DNA from: a virus
Strand: one strand, 5' to 3'
IMG/VR virus record: IMGVR_UViG_3300008952_000005
Span: 32,001-96,000 of that record
DNA length: 64,000 bases
The notes under the pieces are model-generated. The model saw nothing but the letters and a program-made list of their open reading frames with translations, did not search any database and was not told the origin of the DNA. Shown here piece by piece: positions 29,528 through 38,290 of this stretch. Numbering within the stretch: the stretch's first letter is position 1; every line of letters begins with the position of its first letter. Made by a program: the position numbers and the translations under genes.

Positions 29528-29803
29528 ATGGTTGTACCGTCTAAAAACAAAATCATCATAGAATCAAGCCATCATAGTCACACCTTTGCTGACGTAGACT
29601 TTATCGTTTACTGCCAAAAAGCCTTATATAGTAAACAACCATTTCGTGTAAGAATTGTAGATTGGGAACCAGAATATTGTATTGCCTATATAAAAACATT
29701 ACGTTTACACGACAGATGGAAACCTTTAACTATTACGTATAAAAGACAAGGACATTATATCTATTTGTGGAATAAAAACTATGTAAAAGGAAAGAGATAT
29801 TGA
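29528..29803 (+). CDS. Hypothetical protein
   Basis: 91-aa ORF with its own promoters, opposite to neighbours. Confidence 0.6.
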   Translation: MVVPSKNKIIIESSHHSHTFADVDFIVYCQKALYSKQPFRVRIVDWEPEYCIAYIKTLRLHDRWKPLTITYKRQGHYIYLWNKNYVKGKRY

Positions 29804-29927
29804 AATTTGACGTTTTTGGTGCTTAGGTACTTGGAGCATTCTTGCAGACACTACACGTCTATATATAATTTATAAGTTTCCAAGAATTACAGCCATTATA
29901 ACAAATACAATGAATAGTATATAAACG

Positions 29928-30284
29928 CTAATCATCCCAAGGAAAAACCTCATCTAATTTATTTCTTGCACGTAGGACAACTTTACGTCCTGGCTTTGTA
30001 TATGGGATTGCTTTAACTTGGTCTTTGGGTTCGCCTTCCCATTCAAATCTGTAATCCTCATTTTCTGGTATCCAATTAACACTTGGTGTTTCATAGGCCT
30101 CTTGTGGAAGTTTAGTCCAGATACTATCAAAGAGTTCTTGCTCGGACATCAACCCCATTTGGTTATACACTTTACCGTGCATTTCTTTGGACATCAACCG
30201 AAGTTTCTCTTTATTGTATTCTATCTTACGTTGAAAGTCCCAGTACTCTTTTAAGTCGGCGTATGATTCTTTTGTGATGGACAT
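29928..30284 (-). CDS. Hypothetical protein
   Basis: 118-aa ORF, near-consensus CATAAATA upstream. Confidence 0.7.
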   Translation of the reverse strand: MSITKESYADLKEYWDFQRKIEYNKEKLRLMSKEMHGKVYNQMGLMSEQELFDSIWTKLPQEAYETPSVNWIPENEDYRFEWEGEPKDQVKAIPYTKPGRKVVLRARNKLDEVFPWDD

Positions 30285-30455
30285 TATAGAGATATTTATG
30301 CTGGCCGGTTTTTTTCTGGAAAAGGAAGTGTGTATATTGTTTGTGTCTGTTATTGCATTTATAGTTTAAATTTTTTAATTTTTTAAACAAATGCGTTTTC
30401 TCTGGCCTCGTTTTTCAGATTCCGTTTTGGTTTATTTTTGAGTTGAATATATATG

Positions 30456-31553
30456 TTATTGACCTGGCATACTGCCTGGGTTTAAGTCAATTGTAGACCC
30501 TTTGTGTACGACAGCGCCTGTGGTACTTGATGTCTTCGTGCCTTCAATGATTTCTGATTTATAGCCTTCTATGACAGAAGAGTAGTTGCCTTTTACTTTC
30601 AAATTATAATCACCTCCACTATTGACATTGATGTTGCCTTCTACGGTGACCAAATTGATATTGCCTTTGTCCACTTGTATATTCACATTGGCATTGGGAC
30701 CTATTTGTATATCGTAATTGTTATTGGCTTGTTGGCTTTTGTTAATAAAAATCTTGTGGCGACCATCTATAGTAATGTCACTTTTCCCGCCGATACTGTA
30801 ACGACTGTCACCTGTTGTAATACTGTAAATATCTTTTTTGTTAAGGTAAGTAATGTTGCCTTCAGGATCAATTTCATAAGAGGTGCCTTTTCTATGCGCC
30901 TGATAAATTCTTTCGGTGCCAACTGAATCGTCTATTTCAAAAATATGCCCTTGTTCACTTTCATAAACTTTGTTATGAGGATAAACAGCGTTATAGGTAA
31001 TTTCATTTTCATCCCAGGTGTCACCATCACTTGCAGGCATATCGGAATAATTGCTTGCCTTCGTTGCGTTAAAGTCTGCCGTCGGTACGCCTTTAGTCCG
31101 CAATTCTTTACGCAATGTTAAACTTTCGTGAGGAGTACTAGTACTGTTCACCGCCAGTCTATTGACATCACTCTCACCTATATGTTTAGGATAAATGTCA
31201 TTCGGGTCGGCAAAACCTTTTGTAGAGTCGCCTTTCGCAATGGGATTGCCTGGCATTGAACCAATTACACACGGCTCTTGACAACTTGCGCCATCTCTAA
31301 AATATCCAAAGACCCAACTGCCTTCAACCAAAAAGGTCGGCGAGTGTCCAAGACCGCTTATGCCTGGTGATGTAACAGGCAGTATGACTTGCGCCCAAGG
31401 TAAATCTTCTGTAGACAAAACTTCTTTATCATCTGTATGTATGCCAAGACAACGCACTCGCACTCGGCCAACCTGCATTGGGTCGTTTCTATCTTCAACG
31501 ACACCGTGAAAGTAAATGAAGTTCTGAAATCCTAAAATATTTGTCGTGGCCAT
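30456..31553 (-). CDS. gp5: Baseplate hub/spike protein gp5 (OB-fold + beta-helix, no lysozyme domain)
   Basis: F.GVVEDRNDP...GRVRVRCLGIH.....LPWA, WVFG.F.DG...Q.P, YP.N.V.ES..GH.FE.DD. Confidence 0.9.
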   Translation of the reverse strand: MATTNILGFQNFIYFHGVVEDRNDPMQVGRVRVRCLGIHTDDKEVLSTEDLPWAQVILPVTSPGISGLGHSPTFLVEGSWVFGYFRDGASCQEPCVIGSMPGNPIAKGDSTKGFADPNDIYPKHIGESDVNRLAVNSTSTPHESLTLRKELRTKGVPTADFNATKASNYSDMPASDGDTWDENEITYNAVYPHNKVYESEQGHIFEIDDSVGTERIYQAHRKGTSYEIDPEGNITYLNKKDIYSITTGDSRYSIGGKSDITIDGRHKIFINKSQQANNNYDIQIGPNANVNIQVDKGNINLVTVEGNINVNSGGDYNLKVKGNYSSVIEGYKSEIIEGTKTSSTTGAVVHKGSTIDLNPGSMPGQ

Positions 31554-31584
31554 TTAGTTTTTTCCCATATTGTTTTTCTTTTAA

Positions 31585-31740
31585 TGCGTAGCACTTACGC
31601 AATATAATATTATTTAGTTATCCTTTACGCAACCTTTACGCAGGTTCGTGTGCATTCTGCGTAAACTATTTCCTTTACGCAGGCGAGTTTGCGTACCTTC
31701 CGAGTTCTTTACGCACTCTTTACGCACCTTTGCGTAAAAG
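31585..31740. repeat. Array of ten TACGCA-core repeats (consensus CTTTACGCA), direct and inverted
   Basis: Forward cores at 31596, 31626, 31637, 31676, 31710, 31721; inverted at 31585, 31658, 31690, 31731; two pairs spaced 11 bp. Confidence 0.9.
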
Positions 31741-31865
31741 GTATTATTGTACCTAATAGCCAATCCGAACACATCTTGGTTACCGTCGGATGGCTGTGTG
31801 GCTTCGGAGTACAGCCAAGTACGCTTAGGTATACCTGGCGACCTTGCTGTGGTCTGCTCAGTTGG
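31740..31865 (-). ncRNA. Candidate structured non-coding RNA / leader
   Basis: GC-richer non-coding tract after a consensus promoter; hairpins GACC/GGUC, GCCAGGUA/UACUUGGC, AGCCAUCCGA/UCGGAUUGGCU. Confidence 0.4.
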
Positions 31866-31870
31866 TCTGC

Positions 31871-31899
31871 GTTATACACTATTCCGCTCACATTGTCAA
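31871..31899 (-). promoter_or_regulatory. Sigma70-type promoter
   Basis: TTGACA-17 bp-TATAAC on the minus strand. Confidence 0.75.
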
Positions 31900-32060
31900 T
31901 GGGTGAAGTTCGGAGTTGTTCTATATTTGTTCTAATATGCTGTGTCATAGTTCTGTCATATTCTCTACGTATGCCTGCTGTAGTGGTAGTCTTACACGTC
32001 TAGCGTTAGCAAACCCCAAAATTTTGCGAATCTCCGAGGGTCTTTCAGTTGTTCTCATAA

Positions 32061-33575
32061 TTAAAAAGTTTTCATCCTATTGAGTAGTCTTCTATTCTTT
32101 GCTTTATCGGCTCTTACTTCCATATTTTTATCCAATTTATTAATATCATATGTACCCCAACCTTTTATTCCATCTGCCCAACTACCTTCCTCAGCAAGAT
32201 AATCAAATTTAGGTGTTTGTTTAACTGCATTGATAGTCATTTGATATTCACTCTTTTCGGAAGTATCAATATCGTGTTTTATAGAAGCAACCAAATATCG
32301 TCCAGACCATTGTGGATTTAACCTTCGTGGTTTTGAATCCCCTACTGGTCTATAAAATGGCATTTCAAATTCTATCACATCTCCTGCGTGGATTAAACTA
32401 TTGCCTGGCACTATCAATGACAGTAACCCTTGTTGCAATAATCCTCTTTGAGATATGGATTGTTGCGTTAAATTCTTATGACTATCCTTATCAATGGATA
32501 TACCATAGGTATTTGATGTACTACATTTAAGATGAACAACGGAATCATATTCTTCTGCAATGTATTTTTTATTACCATCAAACGTTGCTTTAGGTAATGG
32601 CATTGGTGTATTATAATGTGGACTACGTACATCTTTAGATTCAGTATTAAAATGGTCATACCAATCTTTAATATAATTAAATTTATTTGTCGTAATGGTT
32701 TTATAAAAGGGATCAAATTCTATTAACTTACTTGAATAAGCACCGTAACTTATATTGTCCAATATATTAACTGAATCATCTAATCGCCAATCTTCAACTT
32801 GGTGCATTCCTTTATGAATCTCTATCACACCAGTTCTTGGATTACGTATGTTTTTAATAGATGGACTGTACCACCATTTTGTTGGTCTAGCCGTAACTCC
32901 ATCTACTGCCAATAAAGATTCAATACTTCTATAATGGAATCCTTCTGGTGTTTCAAAGAATAGATAACCTGAATTATTATATTTTTTTGATTCACTTTTC
33001 TTTCCTAATAAATTAATTGCCTGTACAGGACTACAATTAGGTATCACCATTTTAGTCTTCGTCTTTGTTGGTTCAACAAACAACCTCTTTTTACTATTAA
33101 GAAAAAACTTACTTTTAACTATATCCTCAACTCCCAATTCAGGATTACCATTATAAACCTTTGTTACCTTTCTCATTGAATCATAATATGCTTCTTTTGA
33201 GCAAAAATGTATATCGTACATCAATACTTTATTTGCTGATTGGTCTTCTTTGACTGTTTCTATTTTGTAAATGTAGAATGGATCACCTGTAGGAGCAACG
33301 GCATTTACTCCGCTAACACCTGGGGTATTAAATCTTAAATGTAATCTTTCTAAACCTGTGATAGGTAATAATGTACGTATATCATTTGCGTCATAAAGTT
33401 GTATGACACCTTCCATAAATGGATTCTCAATGTTTTCAGTTAATGATATTGTAGCAATTATACCTCTAATATCTATTCTAAATGGTTGTTCACCATCAAC
33501 CAATCTGTAAGATAATATTTCTGCTTTGGTTAAAGTATAATCACCTGGACGTATTATTCTATTATCGTTTGCCAT
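32061..33575 (-). CDS. Baseplate hub protein (gp27/GpD-like)
   Basis: I.LTENIENPF.EG.I.L.DA, Y.FFETP.GFHYRSIE, VPGNS...AGDVI, SGRYLV..IKH; position between gp53 and gp5. Confidence 0.6.
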   Translation of the reverse strand: MANDNRIIRPGDYTLTKAEILSYRLVDGEQPFRIDIRGIIATISLTENIENPFMEGVIQLYDANDIRTLLPITGLERLHLRFNTPGVSGVNAVAPTGDPFYIYKIETVKEDQSANKVLMYDIHFCSKEAYYDSMRKVTKVYNGNPELGVEDIVKSKFFLNSKKRLFVEPTKTKTKMVIPNCSPVQAINLLGKKSESKKYNNSGYLFFETPEGFHYRSIESLLAVDGVTARPTKWWYSPSIKNIRNPRTGVIEIHKGMHQVEDWRLDDSVNILDNISYGAYSSKLIEFDPFYKTITTNKFNYIKDWYDHFNTESKDVRSPHYNTPMPLPKATFDGNKKYIAEEYDSVVHLKCSTSNTYGISIDKDSHKNLTQQSISQRGLLQQGLLSLIVPGNSLIHAGDVIEFEMPFYRPVGDSKPRRLNPQWSGRYLVASIKHDIDTSEKSEYQMTINAVKQTPKFDYLAEEGSWADGIKGWGTYDINKLDKNMEVRADKAKNRRLLNRMKTF

Positions 33576-33579
33576 ATCA

Positions 33580-34110
33580 TTATCTTATCAAACTTCTAAA
33601 TTCTTCAACAAAAGTTCCAACATATGTCGTATCTAATATTTTAATTAATCTTTTCTTATTCTGTATTCTCATTTCATATTCAAAATTAGTAACTGGACCT
33701 GCACCTGTGTCCGTTGAATTGCACTCTATCATATGGGAATAATCTTCAGGTCCATTACCTATTTGTCTACCACTTGATTGTACTTTTTCATAATGATGTA
33801 TTGCGCCTGGATCATCATATTTGTCATTAACAAATTCATTAAATGCAATACTAGAGAGTGGCCAATCGTAATAGATATTTGTAATATCATTTAACAATAA
33901 AATAATCCAATGATAATTTGAATTGCCATATACTTTATATGCTAAACTTTCAGGAGTTTCGCCATCTTTTACCTCATACTTATCTAACAATGGTACGTTA
34001 TCTTTTATTTTATTTTTTACTTTTATTCTTCTGAATATATCAGGCACAACCTTATAATTATTATTGCCTTTTATATCATAGACTAATTTTGGAAATTGAG
34101 CAAAATACAT
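33580..34110 (-). CDS. gp53: Baseplate wedge subunit gp53
   Basis: MYF.QFP, Y.VKDGETPE.LAYK.YG....HWIILL.N.I......WP, HHYE. Confidence 0.9.
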   Translation of the reverse strand: MYFAQFPKLVYDIKGNNNYKVVPDIFRRIKVKNKIKDNVPLLDKYEVKDGETPESLAYKVYGNSNYHWIILLLNDITNIYYDWPLSSIAFNEFVNDKYDDPGAIHHYEKVQSSGRQIGNGPEDYSHMIECNSTDTGAGPVTNFEYEMRIQNKKRLIKILDTTYVGTFVEEFRSLIR

Positions 34111-34111
34111 A

Positions 34112-35350
34112 TTAGTAACCTTTTTCCATTTTATCTTTAGTCATATATTCTAATTCTTTAAATGTTAAATTTATTTGATAACTTACTGGAGAATTATCTT
34201 CAAAGAATTTAGGATTGCCGTCTGGATTATAACTAACTTCACAATCTGATAATGCACATCTTGATATTTTATTTAATTTTTCATTTACTCCATCTTTACA
34301 TAGATAATGTATTTCAAATTCAGATGGTATTCTAAACATCCTACCATAGTAATCTTCATCTGTTATTGGGTGCATATGATATTTAAATAATTTAATTATA
34401 TTTTGTACTCTATGAGATTCATCCTGGGTTCTAGGCCAAAATTTAAAACTATATTGAAATTGTCTAAATTGTGGTCCTTCATAATACATTTCTGCTCGTG
34501 GGTTGATTGCCATACCAAATGCCTTTGATGTTAATTTAAATGCGTCACCACCCCCAAAACCTGCTAAAAGTTCACCTCCTTGTTTCTTAATAAATCCTGT
34601 AGCAGCACCGATACCACCTTTGATTGCTTCACCAAACATTTCTCCAACAGTACCCGCTTTTTTCACACCTTTAATTACTTCTGCTATATCACCTGCCAGT
34701 TCAGCGTCATCTGTTTCCCAAGTTGCCTTGTATGATACCTTAACATCTGGTGGCATATACAATGCAATCGCCGAAGTTACAATCTGACCATCTGGTACTT
34801 CCGTTAATACTGTATTATCTAAAGCAACTTGTTGTACAGCATACTTAACTTTGTTAGTACCTTTTCCTTGGGTATATTGTGTTCTTAAATTAGTTGACCT
34901 TGTACTTGTATATGTGCCAATACCTGTAGTTCCAAATTTGCTGGATAACGCTGGTGAACCTATTGGTTTATTTTCTTGAGCATTATATTTAATATCACCT
35001 TCGCCAGTATCACCTGTTACAAGACCTAATGATTTTGAATATGCTAAATCCATACTTGCTTCTTTATCACTAACCATTCTATTTGTTAATGTAAAAAATA
35101 GTATGTAGTGACCTAGTTCAGCACTACCAAGGTCTGCTGGGTATTGTATGTTTTCAAACCCTAAAGGGTCTGCTGTTATACGCTCTATTGGTGTAGGTGG
35201 TATTTCAAATGGTGAGGCATTTATTTGTAGTTGTTTAGGCATTCCAGAATTATTACCACTATTCTTGTTGAGATTGAGCATTCCGCCAAGAGCGGTGTTA
35301 GTAACAAAGTTTGCTACACCATTTCTTATGAATTCTGATATTTTTGTCAT
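34112..35350 (-). CDS. gp48: Baseplate tail-tube cap gp48
   Basis: IALYMP, NP..E..YEGP.FRQF.YSFKF.PR...E...V..II..FK.HM.P, P.EFEI.Y, L.FKELE..TK. Confidence 0.88.
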   Translation of the reverse strand: MTKISEFIRNGVANFVTNTALGGMLNLNKNSGNNSGMPKQLQINASPFEIPPTPIERITADPLGFENIQYPADLGSAELGHYILFFTLTNRMVSDKEASMDLAYSKSLGLVTGDTGEGDIKYNAQENKPIGSPALSSKFGTTGIGTYTSTRSTNLRTQYTQGKGTNKVKYAVQQVALDNTVLTEVPDGQIVTSAIALYMPPDVKVSYKATWETDDAELAGDIAEVIKGVKKAGTVGEMFGEAIKGGIGAATGFIKKQGGELLAGFGGGDAFKLTSKAFGMAINPRAEMYYEGPQFRQFQYSFKFWPRTQDESHRVQNIIKLFKYHMHPITDEDYYGRMFRIPSEFEIHYLCKDGVNEKLNKISRCALSDCEVSYNPDGNPKFFEDNSPVSYQINLTFKELEYMTKDKMEKGY

Positions 35351-35370
35351 TTGTATATTTAGGTCCTTGT

Positions 35371-35393
35371 TATAAATACTTCTAATATTTATA
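35371..35393. promoter_or_regulatory. Pair of oppositely oriented late promoters
   Basis: TATAAATA on + (35371-35378, towards gp4) and on - (35386-35393, towards gp48). Confidence 0.75.
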
Positions 35394-35410
35394 TGATTTA
35401 TAGGTAATAT

Positions 35411-35845
35411 ATGAGAAAGAGTTACAAAGGAATTTACAGACCAACGTACCCTAGAAAGTATGTAGGCAACCCTAATATGATAGTGTATAGGTCACTATTA
35501 GAGCGTAGGTTTATGCACTATTGCGACCAAAATCCTGATGTTTTAGTTTGGGCAAGTGAAGAGTTACCTATCAGATACTATAATCCATTAGACAAGAAAT
35601 TTCATAGATACTTTCCAGACTTTATCATTAAAACAATAAAGAATAAAAAGTATATGATTGAAATTAAACCATCAAGACAAACTGTTAAACCTAAAAAACC
35701 TAAAATAAAGACAAAAGCATTTATGCGTGAGTCATTTAACTACATTAAAAATAAGGCAAAATGGCAAGCAGCCAGAGCATATTGTGTAAATAATAATATG
35801 GAGTTTAAGTTACTTACTGAAAAGAATTTAGGTCTTAAATACTAA
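35411..35845 (+). CDS. gp4: Head completion nuclease gp4 (TnsA-like)
   Basis: YKG.Y.P.YP.KY.GNP..I.YRS..ER.FM.YCD, W.SEE..I.Y, YFPDF, IEIKP, KW.AA. Confidence 0.92.
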   Translation: MRKSYKGIYRPTYPRKYVGNPNMIVYRSLLERRFMHYCDQNPDVLVWASEELPIRYYNPLDKKFHRYFPDFIIKTIKNKKYMIEIKPSRQTVKPKKPKIKTKAFMRESFNYIKNKAKWQAARAYCVNNNMEFKLLTEKNLGLKY

Positions 35846-36143
35846 ATGATGTGCCACAACCACAAGAGGATTTGGCTTTAGGGTTATTGAATACAAAATT
35901 AGAACCAAATAAATCGTTTTTATAATCTAATTGCATACCTAATAGATACATTTCATATACTTTATCTACTAATAATATACCATCAACAAGAATATCATCT
36001 GGTTTAGATTCATTTTCAAACGACCAATCATACCCAAACCCAGCACAACCACCACCCTTTACAGATAGTCTAACAAATACTTTTCTATTTGTATTGGTTA
36101 ATTCTGTTAATCTATTTTTTGCGTTTTCTAGTATTGTTATCAT
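35835..36143 (-). CDS. iscA: A-type Fe-S cluster carrier (IscA/ErpA/HesB family)
   Basis: RLSVKGGGCAGF.Y, LDY..DL.GS.F.F.NP.AKSSCGCGTSF. Confidence 0.93.
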   Translation of the reverse strand: MITILENAKNRLTELTNTNRKVFVRLSVKGGGCAGFGYDWSFENESKPDDILVDGILLVDKVYEMYLLGMQLDYKNDLFGSNFVFNNPKAKSSCGCGTSFSI

Positions 36144-38138
36144 TTAATAGGCACCAACCTGGCGCATAGATGGTGGTAGCAAAGAATTTGGTTTATTAAC
36201 ATCTGGTTGATGTCTACCTGTTCCAAAAATAGTACCTGTATAATTTACTACATTATTTTTCTTTGCATTACTTTGATTAACAATAGTAGAGGCATCAATA
36301 TTTTGTGGATAACTTCGGTTGTTCTCCATCAACTTCCACTTTCTACCTATTTTTTCAATTTGTACATTTAACGACTGATAATAAAGAGTTAAAAAATCTT
36401 CTAGTCCTAACAATTTAATTTGTTTCTCATAATCAAAGTCCTTACCAAGTCGCATACCTACATCACGGTCTAACTCTTTTTTCAATATCCTCATAGTATG
36501 CATTTCTTGTTCCATCGCTTGTAATTTTTCCCAATTCTCGGGACTCATAGTCGCCTTTAGACTATATGGAGCAGCTTCTCCTTCTTTTATACCGTGTTTA
36601 TATCCTAAATCACTTAAAAATTTCATTCTTTCTGCTTCCAAACCTGCCAAACCTGAAATTGATTCATATCTTGGCATAAAATTCATTTTCCTTAAAACTT
36701 CCATTTCATCCGATGAACCTTCTGTCTTCCCTTGTATAATATCATTTACATAGGATGCTGTCTTTTTCTGATTTTGCTGATTTTCTGTATGTATTTCCAT
36801 ACTCATTTTTTGGATTTGATTCTTATGAGCACTCAATAATTTTGAAAATTCAGCACTTTTTTCAGGACCAAATGCTTGTGATTGTATCAAATATTCCATA
36901 TCATTTAAAAAATCCATATGTTCGGAAGCTCTATGTTTATCTGATAGAACATCTTTCAATCCTTTATTTGATAAGTTAAGAAGATTATCAGCAATACCTT
37001 CTATAATCATTGCATTTCTAGGGTCTACTTCTTTTTTCTTTTTAATATTAGATACCATATCACCACTTGTTATATTCGCTTTTTGCATATCGGTTAAATC
37101 AATGCCTACGGTACCTGCTAATGATGGAAACATCCTAGCAAACCAATGTGATTTTTGTTCTTTTAATCTCTTCTCAAATTCATCTTGAGTCAACTTACCA
37201 AATTCATCTAAATCATCAAGTACAGATATTTTATACTCACCTATTTTACCAGCCAACCATTTTATTCCTACACCTAATGCGACACCAATTCCAACTGTTA
37301 ACACAACTGGCCAAGCGGCAAGCATACCACCTAATGTTGCAATTGCACCACCTTTCGCCCCAACCATTGTTAATATTGAACCTATACCAAATGTGGCAGC
37401 AACACCTGACAAAGAGGCAGCACCCCAATCAAAACCAGATACGTCTTTAAAATTTTTCTTACCAGTTAAATATTCTATTACACTAAACATACCTGTAGCA
37501 GCAACTGCTATCAACGCACCTGGTAAAGTTCTTGTCATCATAAATCCAAATATACTCATAGGTATATATTTACTAAATGCTTGTTCAGTCATTGAGCCTT
37601 CTTCTGCACCTATCTTTTTAACTATTGCGTCACCTATCATCTTGGCAACTATAGCATAGAACCCACCTCTTAATAATGTACCACCAAATTTAACTAAAAA
37701 TGCTTTGGCAGTTGTCATCCAACTACCAACACCAGTAATAAAGAGAGCAGATAAAAATGGATTTTTAGCAATCCATCCTAATAAACCTCCACCTTCGTTA
37801 TCACCTACTTCCCCAGCAGTTTCATCTATAGATTTACCAGTTCCACCTTTAAATTTAGCTTTTTTAAATTGGTCTTTTCTTTCTTCTCTTAATCTCCTAG
37901 CCTCATTTTCATCAAATTTTAATTGAGCAGCAAGCACTTCCCAAATTTCAGTTAGTTTCTCTACTGCTGTGGTCTGTAATTTTTTGATATTGTCTAGTAT
38001 GCCTGTGGCACCTTCTGATTGTGTATCAGTAGTTGCTTTAGCAGTTCCTCTCAACCCAATAAGAGTTGCGCCTACTTTAGATTGTATATTATTTGCTATT
38101 AACTCTACGTTATCAGCAACTACTACCGATTCTGCCAT
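36144..38138 (-). CDS. Probable tape measure protein (gp29-like)
   Basis: 664 aa, coiled-coil plus Gly/Ala-rich hydrophobic segments, position downstream of gp26/gp51. Confidence 0.55.
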   Translation of the reverse strand: MAESVVVADNVELIANNIQSKVGATLIGLRGTAKATTDTQSEGATGILDNIKKLQTTAVEKLTEIWEVLAAQLKFDENEARRLREERKDQFKKAKFKGGTGKSIDETAGEVGDNEGGGLLGWIAKNPFLSALFITGVGSWMTTAKAFLVKFGGTLLRGGFYAIVAKMIGDAIVKKIGAEEGSMTEQAFSKYIPMSIFGFMMTRTLPGALIAVAATGMFSVIEYLTGKKNFKDVSGFDWGAASLSGVAATFGIGSILTMVGAKGGAIATLGGMLAAWPVVLTVGIGVALGVGIKWLAGKIGEYKISVLDDLDEFGKLTQDEFEKRLKEQKSHWFARMFPSLAGTVGIDLTDMQKANITSGDMVSNIKKKKEVDPRNAMIIEGIADNLLNLSNKGLKDVLSDKHRASEHMDFLNDMEYLIQSQAFGPEKSAEFSKLLSAHKNQIQKMSMEIHTENQQNQKKTASYVNDIIQGKTEGSSDEMEVLRKMNFMPRYESISGLAGLEAERMKFLSDLGYKHGIKEGEAAPYSLKATMSPENWEKLQAMEQEMHTMRILKKELDRDVGMRLGKDFDYEKQIKLLGLEDFLTLYYQSLNVQIEKIGRKWKLMENNRSYPQNIDASTIVNQSNAKKNNVVNYTGTIFGTGRHQPDVNKPNSLLPPSMRQVGAY

Positions 38139-38149
38139 TGATTATCCTA

Positions 38150-38290
38150 TTAGATACTATCCATTATTGCTTTAACAAAGTCAGCATTTGCTTTCTTTGT
38201 TTTATCACAAATAGTTCCTGCTGTATTAACAGTTTCATTACATAGTTCTTTTGAAACTTCAATACACCATCTTTTTATTGCGTTTATCAT
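38150..38290 (-). CDS. Small hypothetical protein (46 aa, not in ORF track)
   Basis: MINAIKRWCIEVSKELCNETV...; TAATG coupling and AGGA SD. Confidence 0.55.
   Translation of the reverse strand: MINAIKRWCIEVSKELCNETVNTAGTICDKTKKANADFVKAIMDSI

Noticed and set aside
31585-31740. Possible CRISPR array
   Set aside because: Repeats are only 6-10 bp, in mixed orientation, with irregular short gaps; no cas genes nearby
31883-31892. TGTGAGCGGA match to the lac operator within the promoter spacer (vector contamination?)
   Set aside because: Only a 10-nt half-site; the flanks do not resemble lac or vector sequence
31689-32003. ORFs 31689-32003 (+), 31747-31935 (+) and 31709-31948 (-)
   Set aside because: No SD, atypical composition, overlap with the promoter and repeat array; better explained as non-coding, though 31709-31948 cannot be fully excluded
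29458-32033. 12-bp inverted repeat AGATTCGCAAAA as ends of an invertible or mobile segment around gp5
   Set aside because: No recombinase or transposase in the window, and gp5 is in the expected orientation; kept only as a possible regulatory motif
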